From: Callorhinchus milii
Taxonomy: Eukaryota
Assembly (NCBI RefSeq): GCF_018977255.1
Contig: NW_024704742.1
Location: 96,474,001-96,538,000 of the forward strand
Direction of reading: 5' to 3'
Length of the DNA stretch: 64,000 nt
In this document: positions 23,738-62,054 of the stretch, one piece after another
Numbering within the stretch: position 1 is the first letter of the stretch
Layout: each line of letters opens with the position of its first letter
The notes under the pieces: model-generated
Database searches by the model: none
Seen by the model: the letters and a program-made list of their open reading frames with translations, nothing else
What the model was told of the DNA's origin: nothing
Made by a program: the position numbers and the translations under genes

Positions 23738-26700
23738 CATCATCAAGCAATCATTTTCGAAGGTTTCAATTCTCAAACCTTTGTAAAACGCCTTCCTCTG
23801 GTCTCTAGGGTCTCTAGGCTGGGGAGGGAGGGTCCCTAGGCTGGGTGCCATGATAAAAAGCAAAAATAAGGAACAGGGCAGTCTTGTTTCCTTTCGCCTA
23901 ACTGGATCTCGATAACCAATTGACGTAGAGACATGCTTTATACCTCTTCGGAAAGGTCTTGCATCTGGGAGTGATATGGGTATATTTGTTTTCAGGTAGC
24001 TCCTATTGTTTATGCGTTATTTCAGTTTTTCGCTACAGTCACACTTGATGGCTGCCGAGTTAAAATGGCGCTATGGCATCGTGTGTCAGAGCACCTACGT
24101 ATGTACATACGCACTGCAGTTTTACCTAGTGGCCATGCCGACTGACCGTGGCGCTGTAGCATCCTGTGTCACAGAGCACACACATAGCCAAGCTGGCGGG
24201 AAAATAAAGAACACAGACGAAGCTAAGCCACGGCAACAACAAAATCACATTTTTAAAGCGCCTTTCACGTTAGAAGGACCCAGTGATTATAAATTATTCA
24301 TTTATATTTATCATTATAAAGATGTCTAAGCAAAAATCAAACCTTTCAGGATAAGGAAAAATACCAAAGAGAGAAGCCCATTAAAATGAAGGTGAAGAAT
24401 GAAATCCTCCCTCAGGAGTCCTCCTAGATGAGTATAAAGATGAAATGTCTGTGTGTGTCTGTCTGTGTGTTAATCTACATTGCATATTATATCCTTTGGT
24501 TGCAAGCAAAGCTGCAGCAGGTACATATAAATCATATATATATTTATATATAAATAAAGAGAAAGGTAACTGTTCCATTTATTCTCAGATAAGAATTTAC
24601 CAACAAATTATTCTTTTAATTGTCTATCTACAGGAATCTTTATGTGCTGTTCAATAAGCCAACCAAGTGTTGAGTGAACCAGAGTGCATCTATGGTTTCC
24701 TAGCAATTCCACTCCGCAACTGGTTTCAACATTCGTTGGTTCTCTTTTAGAGGCAATATTAACAAGTTTAGAGATCAATCTTTGGATACACAAAGAGGAA
24801 ACAGCTAGCATTAAAACACCACCTCCACATTTCTAAAGAAGATTTAGATTGATGTGATACTAGGTAATACAGGGTACATTCCAGAGAGAGCCATCACAGT
24901 AATGTGAAGTTTCCAATTGCTAAGAAACATGTTTTAACCACCACTGAGAACAGCAAGTATATCCTCTTCTGTCAAGTCCTAGTTAACATCTAGGGCTACC
25001 AGTAACTCAGCCAAACAGTTCACATTTTCGTACTCTGATTATATAAGCAACCACTAACAGACTGAAATCTCACTTCACCAATGGATTTATTTAGAAGCAA
25101 TTGGAGCAAAACTCAGAAACCCACAAGGAAACACATCAGAACACAGGGCATCACATACTGTATACAAAACAATGGAGAGAATTTGTCAAAGCCCTCACTA
25201 CATATTAACAGTTGTCAAATTTCTTATATTCATTAAGAAGGGAAATACACCATTTCGTTTGCAAAGTCCTATACAGCAAGTTGATTAATTTATTCCACAT
25301 TTTCTTATTTCACTAATAGCCATAATTCTTTCATTTACTTATGATAAATTCTACACACCATTAATAATCAATTACAATTTTTCCTAAGTACACTAATGTG
25401 GAGGCTTAACCTCTGATCGATGTCTTACACACAAACAGTTTTGGATTAACAACTGAAAAAATGCTGGCACTGCATTACTGATTTAGAGGATAATTAAAGT
25501 TACCTGGGATGTAGGTCTTTGTAATCTTTGCCAAATCTGTGACACTTTGTCATAGAACTTGAATCTATTTATAGCCATGCCATATTTTATAATAATTCTT
25601 AATATTTTGCTTACTGAATGTTTAGACTGTGCTCCAAGCCTGGTTTATGTTTAGTTTCTTTAAGGGGGAAGGGAGTAACCATTTCTGAATATGAATCTCA
25701 CCTAAACACTCAAATTCAAATAAAGGAACTTGGGTTTCTTAAAATATCCCACAACAAATAATGGCAGACATACAATTTATCTGTCTCATGGGGAAGATCT
25801 AACAAACACAGGATTTGAGCTACAAGTGAATAAACTAAATAAAGAATGGTTCCCCATTTATATAGTGTTTAAAAAGAAATGGGCCATGTTACATTTTATA
25901 AACATTTCTAAGAGTACAAACAATTCAGAGAGCACTTAATTTCTGCTCCATTATGCTTCATCTCACACCATCTCACTTGTTTTCTGGATGAGACTGACTT
26001 CCTTCTTTAAACACACACACTAGGAATGTAGTGCTTTGTCAAGTCATGGGATTGACTTGTCCACAAGCACTCCTACATTCACTATTGAATTAGGCAACTG
26101 ATACGATAGTTTTAATGATCCATTATTGTACAGAAATTAAACTTGCTTTTACCACTTTGTTCTGTGCAAAAGGGATAATAGCCACTGTAAATTGTCTAAT
26201 AAATAGCTCAGCCTGACTCACAAGCAAAGAGCTTCTGATGCCTGTGGAGCCATATGACACGTCATCACTTTCAAGAGAGTAGAGGGGATTGGGGGAGGGG
26301 ATATAAAAGAGAAAAGATCCCAGGCAACATGTTTCCTAGTTATAGTACACATGGTCAGTGATGGAAATGAAAATTCTGATTTGGGATTTATTCCACTATG
26401 GGCAGTTCATTCTCACCATATTCAATTCATCCAGAAAGTTAGCCAAATGTTCAAACCTCTGCTCAGTTTATTACAAACCAGACTGCGTGTACAACTGAAA
26501 TGGATGATGAATACAAAGTTTTGTTTTCCTGAATTGCAGGATATTGTTAACGGACAGTCGTATTTGGGGTGGGGGTTGAGGAAAAAGGAAAGAAGCTTTG
26601 TGCCACCCCCAACATACAAAAGGTGTACACGCTTTCCCCTCCTTTATTTATGCGCAAATGAAGTTAGCAGTTTAGAATCATTTCTCTTTCAAAAAGTACA

Positions 26701-28349
26701 AAAATAGCGCATAGCAATTTCTGGATCCGGTTAAAGCAATGGTTATCTGGTAATTTTCAAACACTTCAGTGAGTTTGGGCAATGAAAGGACTCTCTTTCA
26801 GTTCTGAAAGGAAAGATAAATAAAGACCCCAAAAAACAGTCAAACAGCATGTTGTATTAAAAGAATTATGTTACAGTACAGAGACCACAAGAGACAGACT
26901 AATTGAGGTTACATTTCCAGTGTTTTAGTTCTTTGCTTCAATAAAAACAAAGGTGACTATTTTCTTGTACACTTAATCGAGTGCAGTCCTGCAGCAGTTT
27001 ACACTTCTGTCCTCCTATTGCCACACATTTTATGAACAGCTTTGAACAGCTATGGCCATATCTGACCAGTTTGTTTTTAAGATGCAACAACAAACACAAA
27101 GGACAGAATGTATACAGTTTATCCATCCATTAGTTATAAAAAAAACATAACTACTGATTTTAATTTAAGAAATTTTTAAATAGAACAATATTTCTAATGA
27201 GGAAAAGGGGATTAAAAAGCTAACATATTGAACACAGGGCACTTTCAGTGATTATATAACACATGTACAAAGAAAAAGAAAACTTTGTTAATCTTTAAAT
27301 TTTTTGCCTGCTTATAATATAACAGCAATATCTAATAGCTATGTAAATCCTAGCAATCTAGTGGCCACATCATAGTGGGAAACTATGCAGCAAGGGTAGA
27401 AATATTTTTGTGAGTGCGCACAGCCTGAGAACCAATTCTTCACTGGATATACCTTGTTCACCTCAAATCAGATATTAATTTTGTAACAAACTAGAATTAT
27501 AAATAGATAATAGGCATAACAAATGTACTGATGTGTTCACAATTATCTACAGAATTTCAGTAGAGGCCACATACATCCCCACTTTGATTTCTCCCTTTAC
27601 CATCAACAGATGTAGGGCCAGAAAGTATAAATTACACAACCATAACCTATTTTGCAAGGACTTAAACTCATTAGAAAAATTCTATGCTGGAAATTTAGAG
27701 AAATCCCCAAAATAACTCCCGTCAATCAACAATATCACGTGATACCTTCCCATCCAGTCCCATGCCTCGGTTGAGCCCCAAAGGCAGCCATTTATACATT
27801 CCCACTGTGACCATTGACAGAACTCTGAAAGTCACAGACACAAACACTTGCACAAAACAAAGAATTATACAGTGTTCAGGCCCCCAGCTTTCAAACCATT
27901 CCAAACCATGAAGACCTAGAGTAATATTGTAGATGTCAAATAATAAAAAACTCCTCTCTAAAACCAACATCCACTCTTTACCAAAAACACGGCACAAAGG
28001 AAAAGCACCCTCTCCTTTACCTGCACTCCACAATTCCACCTCACTGTATTGTCTCATCCCCTCTCCTCAGGCACTGATATCAGGAGACCCCATGATAAGC
28101 AAAGGGTGTCTAGCATTCAAGAACGGCCGACGTCATCGGTGCTCTCTACGTACTGCACACATGATGTAAGAAGTGACTCAGCAGTGGCCATTTTTGAAGA
28201 AAATGGTGTCATCCTCACGTCCTTCTCCCAGGCATAGAGTGCAGGAGGTGGCCATTTTTAGAAGGAAATGATATCAGCCATTCATGAGGAAGAAGTGATG
28301 CGTGGGAGCATTTTCACACTGCATCCCATTAAAACATTGGTGTGAACAT

Positions 28350-28875
28350 AGACATGAGTGAATAGGGAGACGGGAATGGAATGGTGGAAAGATAGGGAGG
28401 GAGGAACAAGTGTGAGTAAAGGGAGGAAAAGAGAGAAAAAAAAATGGGGACAGTGGCAGAACAAAGTTTGCAAGTTTGATACTGGGAAGTTAAAGCTACA
28501 AAGGAGAGTGTCGCAGAAGAAAGATACAGGAAAGAGATACCGTTTGAATGACTAGGTGTGCAAAAGGGAAGAATGAGTGTGAGGGAAGAGAGATGGAAGA
28601 GCAAATGAGTGTGAGTGCGCAATGAGACGGAGAAAGGGAAAGCTCAGAAAGACTGATGAGAAAGAAAGAGAAAAAGACAGGCAGAGGGAGCAACACAAGG
28701 ACAGAATGAGAAACACATACAAAACTAACTGACAGCGAGACAGGATGAACAGAGAGAGGGAAATAGGATAGGCATCGAAAAGGGATTGAGACAGTACGTG
28801 CATTGAGAGGAAACAGATGCAAGTCAGGGAGAGAAAGGCAGCAATACAGAGACAAACAGAAGACAGACTCATTCA
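28350..28875. repeat. GA-rich low-complexity tract
   Basis: Purine-rich degenerate (GA/GAGT/GACA)n on the plus strand; it produces several spurious S/L/F-rich minus-strand ORFs. Confidence 0.85.
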
Positions 28876-31163
28876 CAAAGTATGCCAGTAGTTATGCTCA
28901 CTGCTCCCTCCTATAATAAACCTGTGTACCCGGGTAAGCCCTCCTCTCCAATGCCCATCCTGGGATGGGCCACTTTACTAGCTCTGAATAAACCTAAAAT
29001 ACATTTTAATGATTGATGTGAAGGCTGAATAGTCTGATTTTGAAAACACACCTAGCCAAGTCCCACATCTTGTCCCCTTCTTGATTTAGCATGATTGGTG
29101 GCTAAACCCCATAAATGTAATAGATTGTGAAGAAAAAGAGAGCGAAATGAAAAGAAGCCAAAAAAAACCCTCAACAGATAGCAGTCAAGTGTAGAAGTTT
29201 TAAGTTATCTCATTATAGATCAACTCACCAATCTTTAAGCAATAGGTTTGTGCTACCTTATAGAACTAAGGCCATTCCACTTTCTGGAGCCGTGGGCATA
29301 ATGATCTAGCACTCATAGGACTACGACTAACACTCTGATCAAGTCAACATTGGAGAAAAATTGTAGAGTACTAGTGTGATGGTTAATGGGAGAGGCATAA
29401 GGTATTATCCTCATGACATCAATATTATAGATCATAAAATGACAGTGTTCCAATACTACATCACCTTCTGTACCGATCCTCTTGTTGTGTGACCTATATG
29501 CTGTTTCATCAACAATTGTATGCCTATATTTTCGATCAGCATCTACTTGTAGCTCAGTTTGACTTGCACCATGCCATTAAAACAAGGATTTGTGCTAATC
29601 TTAGGTCAAAAATGCCTTTAAAATTGCGCACTCCCTCTGCAATGGTGCTCTTATCCTGTTGGCATATTGAAGGCAAAAATCCTGGAGCAAATGATTTCTG
29701 GCCTCAAAGGACGCAAATCCATTTATATTTAGTTCTTCTAACTCATTTGCTGCAGTTATATAAACTATTGACAGTGTAGTAACAATGACTGATGGACTGT
29801 ATTACAACTATATACAGTGGTGATTTTTTTTTAAAAGTTCATAGAGCTATAACATGAAAACTATGCTCAGCCACCAGGAGATCTGTTGCATTTACTTCAG
29901 GATTTAGTTCAAGTGGTGAGACAAGCTCATAGCACACAACTGCAATGCTAGTCTCATCCATGATTGCAAAGGCACTGCACCTCAGGAAGTTTATGGGACT
30001 AGTTTTCAACTTGCATCCATCCCATCAAGTCCAAATGAATATGAAGAAATCTGGGATAAAGTTTAAAAATTAGTCCTGAATTTCAATTCAAATATATTAA
30101 ACATCAATCCCTCCGAAGGTCATAATTTTACACTTTTGCATCGAAAACCAGGAAAAAGTGAATCTTCTTCCTATAGGTCTGAAATGTATAATATTTTTGG
30201 ATGGCAAAGGGTGGTGGAAGGGGGAGCAGGCTGATTAAGAGTTATTTCTCAGTGGAACACAAACTGTTTTGACATCAGTCATCACCGCATGTCTGTGGTA
30301 TGGCCTATTAAATTTGATTAACCATTTAAAATGACTCTTGCCTGTGCCACGATCAACCCCAACAAGCTTGCTTTAGCATCAATACTTCCGTGTTTTTACA
30401 GTCCGAATAAAGTCTTTTTTCCCCCCAAAAGTCAGTCATTTCCAGATGGGGTTGGTGGTATCTTGCTGAAGTTCAGGTTTTAGCAAAAACATACAAAGCG
30501 AGAAACATCCATCGATGATCTATGGGTAATTTTCTTCCCTGTGCAATAAATAATAAACAGGTATTACCCAAACTGGTGGTTGCTATTGTTATACAATGTT
30601 TGATAAAATTCAAAACAGATTATCAGGTGTAGGTTATGTACTATTACATTAAAAAAAATCTTACAATCTGTATCAACAAAACCCCTGTCAATAAAGACAC
30701 GGTCAATGAGAAGCCCCCATGCTGCACAACTTTAAATTTAGTAATTCAACTCTCCATGCCAGTTCTGCAATGTTTCTCCTATCGTTATTAAGTGATATGG
30801 TGAAATCGTGGGGAGCTGGGATTAAAAGATCTGTCAAGATTGAATAAACAGGTGGGACAGACTAATTTGACTCAATGGCCTCCTTTTCCTTTTTTCCCTG
30901 TTTTAATGTACAATGTCTTTTTTGACATTTGCATTTGACATAACTGAACATTAAAAGTGAATCACTTTTCCAAATGAAATCAATATATTGTATAACTAAG
31001 TTCACAAACTAAAAAAAAATAGGATCTTCTGAAGAGTTGTCAAGTGTGTGCAAACATAATGCTGTAGTGATCTCCAGAATGTGGATGTCCCCTCTTTCCC
31101 ACTCTTCCCCCACCCTACATTTACACTTTAAATGTGCCTTAGCAAGTTAAAGAACTTAGCAAT

Positions 31164-31600
31164 TACAACAACTTGGATTTATATAACGCTCTCCACGCCA
31201 GACGTCGTCTCAGAGTGTTTTACAGTAACGGATCCCAGGGCCAAGCCAGTGGGGAGGAAGGTGACCAAAGGTGCGGTCGAAGAGAAAGGTCTTCAGCAGA
31301 GACCTGAAAATAGGAAGAGAGGGGGCGAAGCGCAGGGAGTGAGAAAGGGAGTTCCAGAGCCTCGGGGCATAGTAGCTGAACGCACGGCCGCCGAGGGTGG
31401 AGCAGAGGACTCGGGGAACAAGGAGTTGGCCAGACCTGGAGGAACGAAGGCAACGGGCACTCTTTTGAGGAGAGAGGTCAGAGAGGTAGGGGGGTGCAGA
31501 GGAATGGAGGGATTTGAAGACAAGGGTGAGGATCTTGAAGTCGATCTTCTCTGGGACAGGCAGCCAGTGCAGTCTGGCAAGGACTGGGGTTATCGGGGAG
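31164..31600 (-). mobile_element. L2-type LINE 3' end (second tail family)
   Basis: Colinear with 5887-6320. Confidence 0.85.
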
Positions 31601-32049
31601 CATAATTACAACAATTATATGACTTTGTAATGGAATTGAAATGATGAGCAATGGCATAGGTTTTATGATTGCAGGTGTGGTAAATAATCGGGACTATTCA
31701 TTAATAATTGTGTAGTATTTATAAATTAAGCTAAATTTTAGTCGAACTACGGCTCTCGGTTCTTAATCGGCTGGAGTGTTATGTGTATGGAAGTATGGCA
31801 AAATCCACAGAGGCTGTTAATGTGAATTTTTTCATTTCATATCTAAAGAGATAGTAATTCCCACATTTAGCACTCAAGCTAATGGGAATTGGTTCAATCA
31901 CGGATGGAGAAACCCAAAACAAAAATAGCTTATTCCCTCTAATGCCATCACTAGGACCTCTCAACCACAATTTCATTGTGGGTAAGTTTTCTCTCATTCT
32001 CTAAGAGATGAGTATCATTTGTCACTGAGCAGAAACTTAAAATTTAGAA

Positions 32050-32283
32050 ACGCATCATTTGCCCACAAAACACAGTCACTCAACTTTACAGTATACCCTG
32101 TGAAGCACTTTGGGACACCCACCCGATGTAAAAAGGCGCAATACCAAACGTAAGGATTAATGTAATTTTATTTTGTAGGCTCTACATACTGAAGGATAGC
32201 ATTGATAAGCACAATTGGCTGCTGCGTTTCGCCCACAAAATGAGTGATAAGGCACTATATCAAATGCTAGGATTATTATTATA
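32050..32283 (+). mobile_element. Two degenerate SINE 3' fragments
   Basis: Tail motifs at ~32060-32160 and ~32210-32283. Confidence 0.7.
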
Positions 32284-32412
32284 TGGCTGACCTCATCAAA
32301 GTGTATCTGCTCTGTCCCACTTCCTTCAGTGTTCTTTTTTTTTCCTTAATTAATCTACTGTCCACCCAATTTTCTCAGGAGAAAATGCATAGGGTGCAAA
32401 TGTTCATTAGTT

Positions 32413-32727
32413 AATAATAATAATCCTTGCATTTGATATAGCGCTTTTCACGTCTTCCCGACGTCTCAAAGCGCTTCACAGAACACACTGTAAAGTGAAT
32501 TGACTGTATATTTGTGGGCTAACGCGGCAGCCAATTGAGCACAGCAATGTCCCACAAACAGTTGTGGATTGAAAATGGCCAATTTATTATAGTTTTGTTT
32601 TGGAGGGATTATTATTAGGCGTGTGGAGTAAGGAAACTTGCCCAAGGTTTCGCCCTGCCTGGAATTGAACCCAGGTGTCTCGCTTGCAAGGCGAGTGCTC
32701 TAACCACTGAGCTACAGGACTCCACAT
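32413..32727 (-). mobile_element. tRNA-Ala-derived SINE, subfamily A, full length, young
   Basis: Intact A and B boxes, anticodon arm CTCGC-CTTGCAA-GCGAG, retained CpGs; very similar to 42611 and 58908. Confidence 0.92.
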
Positions 32728-32989
32728 GAAATTCTAACATGAAGCAAATAAGCACCTTCGTTTTGAGGAAGCAAGATACTGATTAAAGATGTTCTTTCTC
32801 CTCCTAATTTTCTCCTCTTCTGATTTGGTATTTCATTTTTTTTCCTTCCACTGGGATATAGCTCCATGGGAGCTGGTCACCTTCAATACCTCAGACAAAT
32901 GACGTCTTGACAATATGTATTGACAGGTTATTTGACTGCGGGGGGAGTTGGGTTCGGGAAAGTAACAGCTAAACCAAAACATTTGGATG

Positions 32990-33350
32990 ACGTTAGCCAG
33001 ATTCAGTTGGTAGCACTCTTGCTCTCAGTCATGAGCTCATAGTATAGGCTGACATTCCAGTGCAGTGCTGGGCGAAGTGCTCAATTGTCAGGAGGTGCCA
33101 TCCTTCAGATGAGACATTAAGCCAAGGTCCTGTCTGCTTGTTTAGGTAGACATGGCATTATTTGAAAAGAAAAGGAAACTTCTCCTGGTATCTTGGCCAA
33201 CAATCCCCCAAATAAAATTGATCATTCACTTAATGGCTGTTTGTGGGACACTGCATCGCATCTGCATTTGCCCACAAAATACAACAGACTACACTTTATA
33301 GAAAATTCTGTGAAGCACTTTAAGATCGCCTCCTGACATAAAATGTATTA
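32990..33350 (+). mobile_element. Deu-domain SINE, degenerate
   Basis: tRNA-like head, ccttcagatgagacattaagccaaggtcctgtctgc, catggcattatttgaa, L2-like tail. Confidence 0.72.
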
Positions 33351-34029
33351 CATCAGGATCATTCTAATTATTTCATCTTCCAGTACTGGGTCAGGACCAA
33401 GAACTCTGCTTTATATTCCCCACCCCCCTCCTTCAAAGAGCACTGATGCCAAATTGTAGCACCCCAGCTCTGAATAGGAAAGGCAGAAAGACGTCACATT
33501 TAATTATATTTTTCCCAGAAAGTGGTGGAGATTGAAAATAGACTACACAGGGAGGCAGTGGAGATTGACTGTTTCAGCAAATTCAAGAGAATTCAATAAC
33601 CATTTGGCCTGAGGGATATGAGAGAAATATAATTTGTTTTTAGCTTTTGAGTCCAGCCACATGGACCATTATCTTCTCCAATCTTATACATTCAACTAAC
33701 CCAGGACACTGCAGGAATCAAACGTGCAGCCTTCTGGTTTGTGTGACTCAAGTGTCGTCCTGGGAAGTAGTACAATGCTAGGCAGTAGTTCACGGAGCTT
33801 CACAAAGAGCCCTATAAAATCACAAAATACAACCAAAAGCGGAGAACTAATGAGGAAATTCCCGAGTAAGCATCAATCTCTGAAAGCATTTACCTTCAGC
33901 CAAAAGATCTCCAACAATCAATGTCAATCTGCTACCAACGAAAATCAAATAAATTAAGTCACACCTTGAAATTATTTGACCATCAGTTGAAGTACATTAT
34001 TCTCACTTCATTTCACAGGCGAGACTGTG

Positions 34030-34500
34030 TTCTGAACACTGTGCACACATTTGGGTATTTTACCTTTGAAAGGATGTTAATGCTTTGGAGAAAGATCAGA
34101 GAATTACAACGGGGATGATTCCAGGACCTAGAGCTCAGAGTTTATGAGGCGAGATTTGCACAGCTGAATTTGTTTTCATTGGAGAAAAGAAGATTGATGG
34201 GGGATATAATCCATGCTGAAAGGCATAGATGATGCAAATGCAAGCAAGCTGTTTGACTTGGACCATGAATGAAGAACTGGAGGCCATAGACTTAAAATTA
34301 ACAAGCCTCAAGTGAAACTGGAGATTAGAATTCTTTTCCCTCCACACTGGATAGATACATGGAATAGAATCTCAGCAAAAACAGTTGCTCTGTTATTAAC
34401 CTTTTCAAGAAGAACTAGATACATATTGGTTTGAGAACAATATTGAAGGTTACAGAAATACATCCAGACTGGATAGAACAGGATAGAATACTCCTTAAGA
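34030..34500 (+). mobile_element. Degenerate CR1-type LINE fragment
   Basis: Decayed equivalents of LEKIQR, LNLFSLEKRRL and TGGHRLKL. Confidence 0.65.
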
Positions 34501-35999
34501 CACAAAGATTTATGTGCTGCGGATTCTAGGAGGAATGTTCCAAAATGTTGCAAAATTTTTGTTTGGAAGTCTGTTGGTGGTCAGATGTGGAAACGTCTCT
34601 CCAAGAGATTAAGGAACATTTATAGTCTGTGGAAAGAATGGTTTGATGTCCTGTTTCAGATTCCATGGTAGACGTTTGTATTGCTTTCTATACCAATGTT
34701 CCATCTCCCAGACATTCAGGCGCAATTTGGAGTAAACGTCCTTCGCTTCCTGTAGGTGACTAAGCAAGAAAACTTGTACGGTACCAATTTGAAGCAGTGC
34801 TGTGATAACTGAACAATCCTGAGTTCCACTTTAATCATGAGCCAATTTGATATGGGGTAAAATTGACATAGCATCTTCCTAGTGCTCCATGGATGGGTTC
34901 AGGACAAATTGTCACCGTGTCTATTCAACATGTCAACTACTCGAATAAAGTTCCCTTCACATCTACTTTCTTTTTGCCTGACAATTGCTGCTCAGTGAAT
35001 AATTCATCGGGCCCCGATCATAAGAGATTTCAAGTTCAGCTTCATAGAGGATGGAAAACAGTACATCATCTGCATTTGTCCCTATACAAGGATTAAGGTC
35101 CGGGGCTGAACGTGGCCACCGGCAACCGTGATTTTCAAGACGAACAGAGTATTAAGAACGGTACGAAGGTGGTAGTGGTGGGGTGATTTCCTGGGTAATA
35201 TTGTTAATCAGCATCCATGGATGCCACTTTCAGTTTGGAAGTAAGTACTATATTCCTCCTCCCCACCCCCACATATCTCAGGGGAACTGGATCTTTAAAT
35301 AGATGTTGAGTTTTCTTTGGTGGTCTCCTTCCTGTTATCTTTGTAGCAGGAAATATAGATCTGAGATTCAGGAACTTTGTTCTATTTAGTCTTATGATTC
35401 TAGTTTCCCCGATTTGGCACTTTTTNAAAAAAAAATCAGCAATGCTCAGAAATTTGCACTTATTACTTATCTTTTTTTCTGAAAAGATTAGTAGGTTGGG
35501 AAAGGTTTCTTACTGCTGATTCATTCATTTAGAATGGAATAAACTGAAAAAGGCCTCTCATAAGCCTAAACCGATTAAAAAAAAACTTTTGTGGAATGAG
35601 GGTTCATGTGCATAGCAAAAGCTAAATATATGTTTTTTGTGTTAAACCGGCCCAGATATAGAATATACTTTTGAAGGGACAGGTATCCATCCCTTTGTTT
35701 TTCCCTTGTTACATTACATACCATTTCCATGCTATAAGAAATGAAAACAGTCATAATATTGTTGATTTTTCTCTGCAACATGTATTGTTTGGAGCCTCAT
35801 GAAAATGGGATAACGAGAGGCACATTATATTAGTAAAGAAACCATAAACAATGCAGGTACACAGAGGTCGTGGTATATCCAAGGGATATATTGCGGAGGT
35901 TTTGTGTAATAGAAATAAAGAGCAGTAAATCTATCCATGGCAGTATACAAATCTCAGGCTTCATATTAAGTTGTAAAACACTATGCTTGTACAGTTTGA

Positions 36000-37016
36000 C
36001 AGCCCCTCAATTGTAACTCACTTTATTGTTCCATTATTGTGTGTAATACACACACATATACACACCACACACAATCCACTGTACAATTTTCCTGCATTAT
36101 ATACAATCCCAATTGACCTTTACTTTTATAAATGGCTTACTGTGAACTCAACATTTCCAAGCTAGATGCCACCCCCTTACAATACAAATAGCACTTTTAA
36201 TGCATTTATCAAACACTCAGCCTTAGTTCCAATTTAATGTTCGTTTCTTTTCAGTTCTCATACTCAGTCTCTCTCTCCCCTCCACATCCCTCATGTTTAG
36301 ATCTAATAACATTGAGCTAAAAATGGCAACTACATTTTGCAAAATATTTAAGATTTAAAAGTAATCTAGAAAAAACTTTCCATTTTGCAGAAACCACAAT
36401 CCACTGTAAAAAAAAAGCCCCCAAAAAGCAATCTTAAGAGTAAATGTTCATTAAACTGACCTGTCAAATCTGAACCTTCACTTTGCCTCAAGTTCATATT
36501 CCCAACAAATGCTACTTTTGGTAAAATTCCAAGAAAGTTGCAAGCCACATTATAAGCTGATGGTGCTAATAGAAAATAGTTACAAAATTCTGTACTACAA
36601 TGGAAAAAACACCATACAATATTAATCACAATACTGAAACATCCTCTTCCCCACAAACAAAATAAAATTAGTCACTAACCTTTTATCACCAAAGCTGTCA
36701 GGGGGCTTTGTGTGAAATGAGTCAAGTTCAACAAAGATTATTTTTTTTAAAAAAAGTGTTCAGAAAAATAAATAGATGAAACCTTCTGGTCCTTCATTCA
36801 ATTAATGGCAAAGGAAGCTTGTTCACCCACTCAGTAGTTGAATTTGAGGGTTTCATATGTAGGATGTTCACGTTCAGAATTTACTAACACATACAGTACA
36901 GAGCTGAGAAACGATGACAAGAATGTTGCAGTCTTTTGTTTTGCAAAGTCAGCCATAAAGAGCAAATCTAACAAAAGTGCTATAGTGAAAGGTATCTTTG
37001 TGTTCAGGCTCCACTT
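36000..37016 (-). other. TLE4: Probable TLE4 3' UTR (about 1 kb)
   Basis: AU-rich sequence after the stop with no recognisable repeat, ending at a minus-strand AATAAA with upstream TGTA elements. The true end is uncertain. Confidence 0.55.
36022..36027 (-). terminator. Candidate polyadenylation signal AATAAA for TLE4
   Basis: Plus-strand TTTATT at 36022-36027, about 1 kb after the stop codon. Confidence 0.5.

Positions 37017-62054
<25,038 letters not shown>

Noticed and set aside
28282..28876. Cluster of hydrophobic S/L/F-rich ORFs resembling membrane proteins
   Set aside because: Translation of the GA/TC low-complexity tract.
31132..31605. 157-aa ORF
   Set aside because: Antisense reading of an L2 3' end.
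32651..32723. tRNA-Ala(TGC)-like cloverleaf (also at 1810, 11229, 23370 and ~59147-59219)
   Set aside because: It is the head of a multi-copy SINE: the T stem is imperfect and it runs straight into the SINE body and tail.
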